Positions 28,652 through 38,374 are shown, numbered from the stretch's first letter. The stretch is DNA of 64,000 nucleotides from Minisyncoccota bacterium (GCA_046350775.1 JAXLZS010000001.1:223930-287929); one strand, 5' to 3'. The notes: generated by a model from the letters alone, not told the origin. Numbers and translations are program-made.

Positions 28652-29362
28652 TTATCTGACAAAAACTTTCTCAACATAATTTTCCATTATTTCTTTAAAT
28701 TCTTCCATTTCTTCTTTATTACAACCTTTTCTTTTTGAATATTCTTTATTGTTTAAATCATCTTCTGGATGAAATTCTTGAAGATAATATTTACTTGAAC
28801 CTTTTATCATATTTCCAATTTTTTCAAAATCAGTTTTATCAAGATCTCCGGCGACGATAGTAGTCCGAAATTCATAATCAAAATTTTTATTTTCTTTTTT
28901 ATGGTCTTTTAAAATTTTAATGCTTTCTGAAATTAAATTTGGATCAAAATGTGAATTTGTTATCTTTTGATATTTTTCCAAAGGAGCTTTTATGTCCATA
29001 GCTACGTAATCCACATTTCCTTCTTTTAAAATCTGCTCTAAAAATTTTGGAGAGCTGCCTTGCGTATCCAGCTTTACAGCAAAACCTAAATCTTTTATTT
29101 TTTTAATAAATAAATTTAAATCTTTATGAAGAGTTGGCTCACCGCCAGTGACCACAACTCCATCTAGCAAACCTTTTCTTTCTTCTAAAAAATTAAAAAA
29201 ATCTTCTTCTTTTAATAATTCTTTTGAAAATCTTTCGTGCAGAACTAAAGATGGATTGTAGCAAAAATCACAGCGAAAATTACAACCAAGAGTAAAAACA
29301 ATACAAGAAATTTTTCCCGGAAAGTCTATCAAACTATTTTTTTGTAATCCAGCTAATAACAT
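28652..29362 (-). CDS. nrdG: Anaerobic ribonucleoside-triphosphate reductase activating protein (radical SAM)
   Basis: CxxxCxxC radical-SAM motif GCNFRCDFCYNP, and GVVVTGGEPTL. It is adjacent to nrdD. Confidence 0.85.
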   Translation of the reverse strand: MLLAGLQKNSLIDFPGKISCIVFTLGCNFRCDFCYNPSLVLHERFSKELLKEEDFFNFLEERKGLLDGVVVTGGEPTLHKDLNLFIKKIKDLGFAVKLDTQGSSPKFLEQILKEGNVDYVAMDIKAPLEKYQKITNSHFDPNLISESIKILKDHKKENKNFDYEFRTTIVAGDLDKTDFEKIGNMIKGSSKYYLQEFHPEDDLNNKEYSKRKGCNKEEMEEFKEIMENYVEKVFVR

Positions 29363-29414
29363 AATTTAGTATTAAAAATAAAAATTATTTTTATTTAAGA
29401 AATAAGAAACTTTA

Positions 29415-31571
29415 TTAATTCAAAACTTTTTTAGTTGGAAGATTGAAAGTTGATCTTTTTGAAAATTCATTTCTCTTCGCATCATTCCAAAGATGAACTG
29501 GTCTAAGATAGCCTACTATTCTGCTGTACACTTCGCATTCCTCTCCGCATTTTTCGCAAGATTTATGCTCTCCAGAGAGATATCCACATTTAACGCAAAC
29601 GGAAAAAGTCGGAGTCAGACTAAAATATGGAAGATGATAATTTTCACAAATCTTTTTCACGAGTGCCGGGACCATTTTTTTGTCATGAATCTGCTCTCCT
29701 AAAAATAAATGTATAACAGTACCCCCCGTATAAAGAGTTTGAAGTTTATCTTGCTTACCAAGATTTTCAAAAATATCATCAGTATAAGATACTGGAAGTT
29801 GAGAAGAGTTTGTGTAAAATGGAGTCCCATCGCCTTGATTTGCAGTTTTGATTAATGGATAAAGCTCTGTATCTTTTTTTGATAATCTATAAGTGACCCC
29901 TTCGGCTGGAGTAGCTTCAAGATTATACATATTTCCTGTCTCCTCTTGAAATTCTACCAAAACTTCTCTCATAAAGACTAAAATATCTTCCGCGAAAAGA
30001 TTTCCTTTTTCTGTGCCAAGATCTACACCTAAAAGATTTTCTGCCGCCTCATTTAATCCTACTAGACCTATTGTCGAAAAATGATTTACCCAATATTTTC
30101 CAAAATTATTTTTGATATTTCTTAAATAAAATTTTGTATAAGGATAGAGATTTTTATCTGTAAGATCTTCTATGACTTTTCTTTTTATTTCAAGACTCTC
30201 TTTTGCAAGAATCATTTTTTCTTTTAATTTTATTTTAAATTCTTCTACATTTTTAGAAAGATATCCCAGTCTTGGCATATTTATTGTTACTACCCCCATA
30301 CTACCAGTGAGGGCATTCGCCCCAAAAAGACCCCCACCTCTTCTTGAAAGCTCATTTAAATCTAATCTCAATCTGCAACACATACTTCTTGCATCTTCTG
30401 GCTTCATATCTGAATTCATAAAATTTGAGAAATATGGTATTCCGTATTTTGCAGTTATTTCCCAAAGACCATTTAAATTTTCATTTTCAAAATCAAAATC
30501 TTTTCCAATATTTACAGTTGGAATTGGGAATGAAAAAACTCTTCCAGAAGCATCTCCCTTATGTAAAACCTCAAAAAAAGCCTTATTGAAAATATTCATT
30601 TCCGATTGAAAATCTGAATAATTTTCTTTTTTAAATTCTCCTCCAATTACGACAGGCATATCTTTAAAATTTGGAGAAACTAAAAGATCTAGAGTCACAT
30701 TTGAAAATGGAGTTTGAAATCCTACCCTGGTTGGCACATTCATGTTGAATATGAATTCTTGTATTGCTTGTTTTACTTCAGAAAAAGATAAATTATCGTA
30801 GCGAATAAAAGGTGCTAATAATGTATCAAAATTTGATAATGCGATAGCGCCTGCGGCCTCACCTTGCATCGTATAAACAAAATTTACAATTTGACCAAGA
30901 GCTGTACGAAAATGTCTAGCTGGAGCTGAAGCGACTTTCCCTTTGACCCCATGAAAACCTTCTTTAAGTAAATCAAACAAATCCCAACCTACACAATAGA
31001 CAGCGAGAGTGTTTAGATCGTGTATATGAAAGTCTGCATTAAGATGAGCTTCACGGATTTCTTTTGGATACAAATTATTTAGCCAATAGACTTTACTCAC
31101 CTCTGAAGCAATATAATTATTCAAACCTTGCAAAGAATAGTCCATGTTGCTATTTTCTTTGACTTGCCAATCATTTTTTGAAGTGTATTGATTGATTAGA
31201 TCAATACTACTTTCTGCTTTCATCTCTCTCAAGATACGATGCTGATCACGATACAAAATATATGCCTTGGCAGTAGATCTGTATTTTGAACTCATAAGAG
31301 TATCTTCTACCAAATCCTGTACTTCTTCAATATTAAAAGTCTTTTTATTTTTCTCTAGTAAATTTAAAATAACTTTCTGAGTCAAAAAAGAGGCTTTTCT
31401 TTCGTCAAATTCTTTTGTGGCTTCGCCAGCTTTTTGTATTGCGATATTTATTTTCTCTTGAGAAAATTTTTGTCTACGACCATCTCTTTTCTTTACAAAA
31501 AAATTATCAGTGTTGATAGATATTTTATTAAGATTGCTTCTAGATTTATTTTTTGAGTGTTTATTTGGCAT
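29415..31571 (-). CDS. nrdD: Anaerobic ribonucleoside-triphosphate reductase (class III) with an N-terminal ATP-cone
   Basis: The ATP-cone reads VKKRDGRRQKFSQEKINIAIQKA. The C-terminus has a Zn ribbon CVKCGYLSGEHKSCEKCGEE and the glycyl-radical region SRIVGYLRPV. Confidence 0.88.
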   Translation of the reverse strand: MPNKHSKNKSRSNLNKISINTDNFFVKKRDGRRQKFSQEKINIAIQKAGEATKEFDERKASFLTQKVILNLLEKNKKTFNIEEVQDLVEDTLMSSKYRSTAKAYILYRDQHRILREMKAESSIDLINQYTSKNDWQVKENSNMDYSLQGLNNYIASEVSKVYWLNNLYPKEIREAHLNADFHIHDLNTLAVYCVGWDLFDLLKEGFHGVKGKVASAPARHFRTALGQIVNFVYTMQGEAAGAIALSNFDTLLAPFIRYDNLSFSEVKQAIQEFIFNMNVPTRVGFQTPFSNVTLDLLVSPNFKDMPVVIGGEFKKENYSDFQSEMNIFNKAFFEVLHKGDASGRVFSFPIPTVNIGKDFDFENENLNGLWEITAKYGIPYFSNFMNSDMKPEDARSMCCRLRLDLNELSRRGGGLFGANALTGSMGVVTINMPRLGYLSKNVEEFKIKLKEKMILAKESLEIKRKVIEDLTDKNLYPYTKFYLRNIKNNFGKYWVNHFSTIGLVGLNEAAENLLGVDLGTEKGNLFAEDILVFMREVLVEFQEETGNMYNLEATPAEGVTYRLSKKDTELYPLIKTANQGDGTPFYTNSSQLPVSYTDDIFENLGKQDKLQTLYTGGTVIHLFLGEQIHDKKMVPALVKKICENYHLPYFSLTPTFSVCVKCGYLSGEHKSCEKCGEECEVYSRIVGYLRPVHLWNDAKRNEFSKRSTFNLPTKKVLN

Positions 31572-31784
31572 ATATTTAAACTAATTAATTATTGAGAAAG
31601 ATCTCATCAAATTTATAAGAAATTTAAAAAACGCCCACTCGTTTTTATACTTTCATAATAACACCATTTAAAAAAACGCTGATAAAAATCTAAAAACCCT
31701 TTTAATATTAGTGATATGTTATCCACAGGGATTGACTTCTAAAGATATATATTTCTTTTATTGCTATCTATAAAAATAGATACA

Positions 31785-31815
31785 CAAAATAAAACCCACC
31801 TTGTTGGTGGGTATC
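31785..31815 (-). terminator. Rho-independent terminator (acccacc-ttgtt-ggtgggt) for the 31833..32069 gene
   Basis: 7-bp GC-rich stem followed on the minus strand by TTTATTTT. Confidence 0.7.
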
Positions 31816-31832
31816 TAGGAATATATTTTTTA

Positions 31833-32069
31833 TTATTTTATTCCTAATTGTTTTTCTTTTGCGGCAATAAGGCTATCTATTTTTTTATAGCCATCACACT
31901 CCTTTTGAACAGAGTCAGATATGACCTGAGACAAATCTAACTTAATCTGTTTTAAGGCCGAAACCTCTTTTCGAGATTTTTCTTCATAAAACGAGGCTCT
32001 GACATTAAGGCCCGAAATGAAAGAAAGAACGATTAATAAAAAATACAAAAACAGGATTTTAATCTTCAT
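31833..32069 (-). CDS. Small secreted protein (signal peptide)
   Basis: MKIKILFLYFLLIVLSFISGLNVRA is a signal peptide; the gene is followed by a terminator. Confidence 0.45.
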   Translation of the reverse strand: MKIKILFLYFLLIVLSFISGLNVRASFYEEKSRKEVSALKQIKLDLSQVISDSVQKECDGYKKIDSLIAAKEKQLGIK

Positions 32070-32144
32070 TTTTCAAGATTTAAGTATAAAAGAATAGGAT
32101 TTACAATTACAATAATACACTAAAATATTAATTTAGTCAATGGT

Positions 32145-33422
32145 TTAGATATTTCTCTTTTCTTTATAATTCCATAAAAATATTGCCGCTAAAATTAAGA
32201 AAAATGCAGAAAAATAAAATGGTGCAGAATAAGAAAAATAAGCTGCCACAAATCCTCCGAGAATCGGAGCGATGACTTGAGCTAAAGATTGAACCGAAGA
32301 AGTGATGCCAAAGATTTTCCCCCTATCACCTTCTGTCGCATGATCAGCGATAGCTACGTTTGTGTTGACCATATTGAGACCAATAAATATCACCATGATA
32401 AAAACAAATACCAAAAGTACGTAAATATTATTTATAAAAGCTCCGTAGATAACAAATAAAAAAGCTAAAACTGGTAGAGAAAAACTCAAGATTTTCTCAG
32501 GAGACAGATTTTTAAATCTTGGAATTATAAATATTTGAATTATGGTCATCAATATACCAGTATAAGCAAAATAATAACCAATACTTTTTTCATCAAAACC
32601 AAATCTTAAAGATAATAGATTTTGAGAGAAGCTGCTATACATGCCAAAACCAATAAAGAATATTAACATTACATTAAAAAATACACGAAGATTTCCAATC
32701 TTATAACCATCTCTGATTATCTTTAAAGAATTGAATGGATGTAAACTTTTAAGAGAAAACTTTTTATGAGCATGATCTTCGTGTCCCACATTTACAGTTT
32801 CAAATAAAAATTTATTTATAATAAAAACAGCAATCAAAGAAAGTAATCCTGCAAATATAAATGGAGTAGCAGGAGTAAAAAAATGTGAGACATCAGAAGA
32901 TGATAGCATACCACCTATCCATGGCCCAAGTATAAAAGCAATACCCATGACAGAAGATCTGCGAGCAATATTTTTTGCTCTCTCTTCTTTTGAAGAGACA
33001 TCTATGGTAGAGGCCTGCATGACAGAAATATTTCCACCTGTTATACCATCCACGATTCTAGATAAAAATAATATCCAGATATTGTGTTCATATATAGCAA
33101 GAGCAAAAAGAAAAAATCCAATAGCAGATCCAAAAAATGATATGTTTAAAATTTTTTTTCTTCCATAATAATCAGACAATTCGCCAAGTACCGGAGAAGA
33201 TAAAAATACAAAAACAGCATAAATGGCTAACAATAATCCTTGCAATATAAAAGAGTAATGATCTGATATATAGCTAGGCAAAATATAAAAAGGATTCGTT
33301 TTGTTTATAAAAAGTGTAGGGATAATAGGAATAAGTATAGAATATCCTAGCATGTTTAAAAACATCAAAACTGTCAGCGCTGAAAGATGTCTTTTCTTTT
33401 GAGAATTATTAAGATTTAGCAT
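32145..33422 (-). CDS. MFS transporter
   Basis: 425 aa with about 12 TM helices. The loop 2-3 motif GELSDYYGRKK matches the MFS G-x-L-S/aD-R/K-x-G-R-R/K signature. Confidence 0.8.
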   Translation of the reverse strand: MLNLNNSQKKRHLSALTVLMFLNMLGYSILIPIIPTLFINKTNPFYILPSYISDHYSFILQGLLLAIYAVFVFLSSPVLGELSDYYGRKKILNISFFGSAIGFFLFALAIYEHNIWILFLSRIVDGITGGNISVMQASTIDVSSKEERAKNIARRSSVMGIAFILGPWIGGMLSSSDVSHFFTPATPFIFAGLLSLIAVFIINKFLFETVNVGHEDHAHKKFSLKSLHPFNSLKIIRDGYKIGNLRVFFNVMLIFFIGFGMYSSFSQNLLSLRFGFDEKSIGYYFAYTGILMTIIQIFIIPRFKNLSPEKILSFSLPVLAFLFVIYGAFINNIYVLLVFVFIMVIFIGLNMVNTNVAIADHATEGDRGKIFGITSSVQSLAQVIAPILGGFVAAYFSYSAPFYFSAFFLILAAIFLWNYKEKRNI

Positions 33423-33461
33423 AATTTAAAATACAAAAAATGAAAGAACATTATAACAGAT

Positions 33462-33779
33462 TTATTCCCAAAAAATAAATATTAAAGAAATTAAACCTAA
33501 AAATACACCGATCATCTGAATAGTAGAAATATCTTCTTTATAAAAGAATACACCCAATATTGTAGCAACCACAGCTGAAGATATGGAAAATATTATAGCC
33601 CCTTTTGTAAGACCAGATCCATTTTTAAGAGCAAAAAGCCAAAAAACATTCGCCAACATATAACCCAACAAAGAAAAACTAGCTAAATACCAGCCGCCCC
33701 TTAATGACCAATTTTTTGCTAATATGTCTGCTACCATTTCAAAAAATACTAAAATACTGAGAGGTAAAATCCATTTCAT
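33462..33779 (-). CDS. SMR/EmrE-like small multidrug-resistance family 4-TM protein
   Basis: 105 aa with a membrane-embedded Glu in TM1 (VFFEMVADILAKN), as in EmrE, and four TM helices. Confidence 0.6.
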   Translation of the reverse strand: MKWILPLSILVFFEMVADILAKNWSLRGGWYLASFSLLGYMLANVFWLFALKNGSGLTKGAIIFSISSAVVATILGVFFYKEDISTIQMIGVFLGLISLIFIFWE

Positions 33780-33784
33780 AAATA

Positions 33785-34861
33785 TTAAATAATCTTTGCG
33801 ACTTTTGTGACATGATCGACCAACGTCTGAGTGTAGCCGATCTCATTATCATACCAAGCGAGGACTTTTACTAGATTTCCATCGACAACTTTCGTCATTT
33901 TTAAATCAGCGATAGATGCAAAGCGAAGACCTTGTATATCTGTCGAGACGAGCTCTTCATTTGAAACAGCAAAAATATTTTTCCATCTTTCTGTATGAGA
34001 AGCGTTTTCTAAAATACGATTTATTTCTTCTACACTAGTATTTCTTTTAGAAATAAAAGTGATATCAGCGATACTTCCTGCCACGCTTGGTACACGAATA
34101 GATATACCGTCAAATAGACCTTCTAATTTTGTAAAAGCTTTTGTCACTGCTATAGCAGCACCCGTAGTACTTGGCACAATATTTTGTGCGCCAGCTCTAC
34201 CTTCTCGCCAATCTTTTTTATTTGGACCATCGACTATACTCTGTGATGCAGTATATGAATGCACAGTATTAAGTATTGCCTTTTCTATACCTATTGCCTC
34301 ATCAAGTATGGCGATTACTGGTGAAGCTGAGTTTGTAGTACAAGAAGCATTACTTGTGATCTCGACATCTTTTAATTTTTCTTCATTGAGGCCCATGAGT
34401 ACAGTCTCACTATGATACATACCATTTTTCTCATCTTTGCTTGGAGCTGATATGACGACTCTCTTTGCGCCTGACTCTATATGAAAATGTGATTTGTCAG
34501 CACTGACAAAAAGCCCTGTACATTCTACAACAATATCGACACTGTATTTTGACCAGATCTTATTTTGAATAAAATTGTTTGTATCTTTTTCACTTATAAA
34601 AGCTATCTTTTTAGTATTTCCATTTTGAAGTGTTAAGATTAAATATTTCTCTGTTTCATTTACTATCTGACTTTCAATATTTTTAAAAATCTTTTGATGA
34701 TAAACAGAGTCATGCTTGAGAAGATAAATCATGTTTTCAATATCGCCAAGATCATTGATAGTAACTATCTCTATATTTCTACTAGCCTTTTCATCAGTCA
34801 GGGCCAACTTCAAAAAAGCGCGACCAATCCTCCCAAATCCATTTATTGCAACTTTTTTCAT
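33785..34861 (-). CDS. gap: Glyceraldehyde-3-phosphate dehydrogenase
   Basis: The N-terminus KVAINGFGRIGRAF, the catalytic NASCTTNSASP (parallels ASCTTNCLAP), and WYDNEIGYT. Confidence 0.9.
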   Translation of the reverse strand: MKKVAINGFGRIGRAFLKLALTDEKASRNIEIVTINDLGDIENMIYLLKHDSVYHQKIFKNIESQIVNETEKYLILTLQNGNTKKIAFISEKDTNNFIQNKIWSKYSVDIVVECTGLFVSADKSHFHIESGAKRVVISAPSKDEKNGMYHSETVLMGLNEEKLKDVEITSNASCTTNSASPVIAILDEAIGIEKAILNTVHSYTASQSIVDGPNKKDWREGRAGAQNIVPSTTGAAIAVTKAFTKLEGLFDGISIRVPSVAGSIADITFISKRNTSVEEINRILENASHTERWKNIFAVSNEELVSTDIQGLRFASIADLKMTKVVDGNLVKVLAWYDNEIGYTQTLVDHVTKVAKII

Positions 34862-35008
34862 AGTACTAGTTTGTATTTATATATTGATTTTAACATGAAA
34901 AAATAAGTGAAATTATAACTTGACAAAGATATTGTATTATGCTATACTGAGATTAGATAGATCTTTGTGAAAATTTCGTTATTTTTGTTTGAGTTTTTAA
35001 TCTTTTGG

Positions 35009-35053
35009 AAGTCATCAGAGTGATGAATTAATTTTATCTTTGTGATGACTTTC
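35009..35053. promoter_or_regulatory. Inverted repeat gaagtcatca...(24 nt)...tgatgacttt upstream of the compositionally atypical gene
   Basis: The arms match 9 of 10 positions. It sits in the 5' region of the 35087 gene; its function is unknown. Confidence 0.25.
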
Positions 35054-35086
35054 AAACCATTTAAAAACAATAAAAAACAAATTATC

Positions 35087-35974
35087 ATGAAAAAAATTTT
35101 TGTATTCTTCGCTTTGATTTTTGCAAATCTGATTACTTTCACCAGCTGTAAAAGTCCCATCTGGGACCGTGAGCCAGTTGATACCACTTATGCGATTGGA
35201 TTTCCTTTACAGGAATTCCACAAACTTGGTGAAGCTGGTGACACCGCAACTCAAAGGATGCTGGTCAACCAGTACAGAAAACAATTGACACGCAATGTAA
35301 TGTCGCACTATCAGTGCGTCACCAACGAAAAAAATGTTAAATTTGTTTTCGGATCCGGCAAAGTTGATAAAGTTTTGTCTGGTGATGGAAAAGCTTACGG
35401 CGGTAAATTTAAGAATGAATTAATTTTCATTATTGATGATCCGTGTGCTAAGGACACAGTATTCCTCGCCTGTGGCAATGGAATGCTTTCACCGATTCAT
35501 TGGTCAAGCCAGTCCGACTGGGGCCATGCTGAAAAATGCAGGTTTGTAGTGGAAGATGGTCAATCTTTGGCATACTTCCTTCCTCGATTGAAAGATTGGG
35601 GCGTGCGGGCTGAAGAATTAGGTTTGCCGATCGCCAACTCTAAAGGTAAAATTGTAGATGATAAAATCTACATGAATTATCTTGGAAAATGGTGGAGTGA
35701 TCACCTATTCAAAGGCGATGTGATTGATCTTTGTGAAAAGAAAATCACAAACCACTCTGGTCAAAAGGTAGACTTCGAAAGAAGACTACTGGAGACCAAA
35801 AAAGCAAATCGAGCGATCCTTGATGCAAAAATTATTGAAGTGAAATATAAACTTCAAAAAATTTCCGCACTGCATCCAAAAGGAAAGCCAGCGAAGCTGG
35901 CTAAGCAAAAAAGATTAAAAGAATTGAAAGCCGAATTATTTAAACTTCAATCCGAAAGGAAGAGGTTGAAATAA
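35087..35974 (+). CDS. Cys-containing lipoprotein with a highly basic C-terminal coiled-coil tail; GC content clearly higher than the flanks (likely horizontally acquired)
   Basis: I start the gene at MKKIFVFFALIFANLITFTSCKS (signal plus lipobox). The track ORF begins earlier, at 35042, which I take to be spurious leader. The body carries 5 Cys. The C-terminus reads KLAKQKRLKELKAELFKLQSERKRLK. The codon usage is G/C-rich (gaccgtgagccagtt...ggtgacaccgcaact), unlike the neighbouring genes. Confidence 0.6.
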   Translation: MKKIFVFFALIFANLITFTSCKSPIWDREPVDTTYAIGFPLQEFHKLGEAGDTATQRMLVNQYRKQLTRNVMSHYQCVTNEKNVKFVFGSGKVDKVLSGDGKAYGGKFKNELIFIIDDPCAKDTVFLACGNGMLSPIHWSSQSDWGHAEKCRFVVEDGQSLAYFLPRLKDWGVRAEELGLPIANSKGKIVDDKIYMNYLGKWWSDHLFKGDVIDLCEKKITNHSGQKVDFERRLLETKKANRAILDAKIIEVKYKLQKISALHPKGKPAKLAKQKRLKELKAELFKLQSERKRLK

Positions 35975-35991
35975 TTTCAGGAAAATTCTTT

Positions 35992-36015
35992 GGCGAAATG
36001 TCTCTACATTTCGCC
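35992..36015 (+). terminator. Hairpin ggcgaaatgt-ctct-acatttcgcc downstream of the 35087 gene
   Basis: Perfect 10-bp stem with a 4-nt loop, 18 nt after the stop codon. Confidence 0.5.
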
Positions 36016-36088
36016 ACACTATTTAGATTATAAAAATATTTTGTAGTCTAATCGTGTAAACAATATTGTTCATTAAAACCAAAATATA

Positions 36089-36799
36089 TTGCAAATGAAA
36101 AATTATTTTTTCTTTTTTTTACTTTTTTCTATACTTTGTTTTTCTTGTAAAAATAATGAGAGTAAAGACGACAAAAATCCTAAAAGGAAAAAAGTTGTTG
36201 GCATTGATGTTTCTCACAATCAAGGAAAAATCGACTGGGCAAAATTAGCTAATCAAAAAAATTATAAAGTAAAATTTGCTATTATCAGATCTACTATGGG
36301 TGATGATAGACAAGACAAAAACTTTACTTACAATTTTAGAGAAGCTAAAAGGTTTGGATTATTAGTTGGTACATACCACTATTATGATCCAAATGAAAAT
36401 AGTAAAAAGCAAGCTAAAAATTATTTAAGAAACTCAAAACAAGGAGAGAACGACATTCTTCCTGTGCTAGATATCGAGAAGCTAAGTAGAATTCAACCAA
36501 AAAAGAGACTTCTGAAAGGAATATCCAATTGGCTCCAAATTGTAGAAGAAGAGACTGGTTATAAACCAATAATTTATACCGGATTATCTTTTTATAAAGA
36601 TTATTTAGCAAAAGATTTTGCTGATTATCCATATTGGATAGCCAGCTATTCAGATCACAGGAATGGTGACGATGTAGTCTTGTCAGCTAATATACATCAA
36701 TTTTCAGAATCCAAATGGATTAAAGGTTTGCACAAGAAAACCAAGATTGATGTGAATGTAGTTGATACAGGAAGACTTTATCTTGTGTTGAGAAAATAA
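36089..36799 (+). CDS. Secreted or lipoprotein GH25-family muramidase (Chalaropsis-type lysozyme)
   Basis: Signal plus lipobox (LCFSCKNN), then GIDVSHNQGKIDWAKLA...KFAIIRSTMG...NFREAKRFGLLVGTYHY, the GH25 signature (GIDVS.yQG.IDW....FA.IKAT.G..Y.D..F......A...G...G.YHF). Confidence 0.75.
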   Translation: MQMKNYFFFFLLFSILCFSCKNNESKDDKNPKRKKVVGIDVSHNQGKIDWAKLANQKNYKVKFAIIRSTMGDDRQDKNFTYNFREAKRFGLLVGTYHYYDPNENSKKQAKNYLRNSKQGENDILPVLDIEKLSRIQPKKRLLKGISNWLQIVEEETGYKPIIYTGLSFYKDYLAKDFADYPYWIASYSDHRNGDDVVLSANIHQFSESKWIKGLHKKTKIDVNVVDTGRLYLVLRK

Positions 36800-36805
36800 T
36801 TCCAA

Positions 36806-36846
36806 AAAACCGGATCGTCGTAAGATGAACCGGTTGTTTTTTTATT
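36806..36846. terminator. Bidirectional terminator (aaccgg...ccggtt stem, T-run)
   Basis: 6-bp stem with T(8) downstream, between convergent genes. Confidence 0.45.
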
Positions 36847-36863
36847 TAATATTTTTATTTTCA

Positions 36864-37289
36864 CTATTTAACTAAATCTCCTAAGTAAAAATTTGGAAGT
36901 AATCCCTTTGCTCTTGGATCCATACCGTGTTGTCCATCAAATAATTCTGATCCGTCTTTACCACAGATAGCCAATATAGCATCTGCTCCGCCTGGATGCT
37001 TTGAAATGAAGCTAGTCAAATCATAGACTTTTCCTTCAATAGTTGACCAACAGCTATCTTTTGAATTATGACTTGAAATATCTGATAGAGTTATAGTTGT
37101 AGAAGCTTGACTTTGGACATTACTAGCGACCTGACCATTATCTAGATATTTATAAGAATTTCTACTTACTGATTTATTAAAAAATAAAACTCCCAAGACT
37201 ATTAATACTATTATGATGAAAATCCAAATTATTTTTTTCATATTGTTTTTATATATTATAAATATTATCTTACCATAAAAAACATTCAA
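36864..37289 (-). CDS. Membrane-anchored cytochrome b5-like heme/steroid-binding domain protein
   Basis: N-terminal TM, then WSTIEGKVYDLTSFISKHPGGADAILAICGKDGSELFDGQHG, the cyt-b5 HPGG signature with both axial His positions present. Confidence 0.65.
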   Translation of the reverse strand: MNVFYGKIIFIIYKNNMKKIIWIFIIIVLIVLGVLFFNKSVSRNSYKYLDNGQVASNVQSQASTTITLSDISSHNSKDSCWSTIEGKVYDLTSFISKHPGGADAILAICGKDGSELFDGQHGMDPRAKGLLPNFYLGDLVK

Positions 37290-37303
37290 AATATAAAATA
37301 TTT

Positions 37304-38374
37304 TTAAATAAGAGATATTTTACCAATTTCTACTTTTGTACCTACCATTTCTTCACTTTTTATTTTAATAGACCAACCATAGCTTTTTACCAGATCACTG
37401 ACTATGGCGAGGCCAATCCCCGTGCCAGATATTTCCCCCTCTACATTTTCTCCTCTAAAAAATCTCTCACTGACCTTACTAAGATCTTTTTTTCTAATAC
37501 CGATACCAGAATCTTCCACTGAAAACTTCAGCTTATAACTAAAATTACTTTTATATTTTTCTAATACTATTTTCACTTCTCCTTGTTTAGTAAATTTAAA
37601 ACTATTCGAAATTAGGTTTGTAAAAATTCTTTCAAGATGAAGCTTGTTGACTTTGATTTTTTTGTCTAGATCTTTTTCATTAAAATTATCTTCTAAAATT
37701 AATCTTACATTTTCATCTTTATTATTGGATAGATTTTTAATCACTTTCTCTAAAAGGTATTTAATTTGAGCTATAGATATATTTTCGACTTTATCTTCAC
37801 TATATTTTACTCTAGCCTCAAAAAGTAGATCATCGATCAGAGTCACTATACCTTTTATTTCAGAGTCTATAGAAGAGACACCATTTTCAATATTATTCAA
37901 AAGATTTTTATCAGAGAAAGAGTTTTTATTTTTCTCGAGCTTGTCTAAAAGTATCTCTGAGTGCATATTCATAATAGAAAGTGGGGTACGAAGTTCGTGT
38001 GACACATTCTCAGCAAATCTTTTTTGAACATTTGAGAGATACTCGATTGGCGCCAACATCTTTTTGACCAATCTATCAAAAAAGAATACTGACAAGACGA
38101 ATACCACCACGTCTAAAACTATTAAAAGAAATATAGTCTGCTCGCGAAAATCTGAAAAGAGTTTATCGGCATTGATATAATTTGCCACACCAGAATTTTT
38201 AAAGACCGGAGAAATCTGATAAATAAGATCCAGAGTCAAAAGACGATAAATTGTGTAAGAAAAAATACTTAATATAGCAAAGACAAAAAGAGAAGCTATG
38301 ATGTCCAGCTTAAATCTAGTAGAAGTAAAAAGATTTTCTTTTATATTATTAGATTTGGTTTTCATTTTAATCAA
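37304..38374 (-). CDS. Sensor histidine kinase
   Basis: HisKA H-box VSHELRTPL, two N-terminal TM helices, and HATPase_c motifs (DSGIGI..., GTGIGLAIV). Confidence 0.85.
   Translation of the reverse strand: MIKMKTKSNNIKENLFTSTRFKLDIIASLFVFAILSIFSYTIYRLLTLDLIYQISPVFKNSGVANYINADKLFSDFREQTIFLLIVLDVVVFVLSVFFFDRLVKKMLAPIEYLSNVQKRFAENVSHELRTPLSIMNMHSEILLDKLEKNKNSFSDKNLLNNIENGVSSIDSEIKGIVTLIDDLLFEARVKYSEDKVENISIAQIKYLLEKVIKNLSNNKDENVRLILEDNFNEKDLDKKIKVNKLHLERIFTNLISNSFKFTKQGEVKIVLEKYKSNFSYKLKFSVEDSGIGIRKKDLSKVSERFFRGENVEGEISGTGIGLAIVSDLVKSYGWSIKIKSEEMVGTKVEIGKISLI

Noticed and set aside
31572-31790. Possible NrdR box or riboswitch upstream of nrdD
   Set aside because: The region is AT-rich, with no clear paired palindromic NrdR-box-like elements or conserved riboswitch cores that I could recognise by eye. 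I left it unannotated.
35042-35086. Track start of the foreign-composition lipoprotein at 35042 (MMTFKPFKNNKKQII...)
   Set aside because: The signal peptide and lipobox begin at the internal Met at 35087 (MKKIFVFFALIF...FTSC). The upstream 15 codons overlap an inverted repeat and look like leader sequence.
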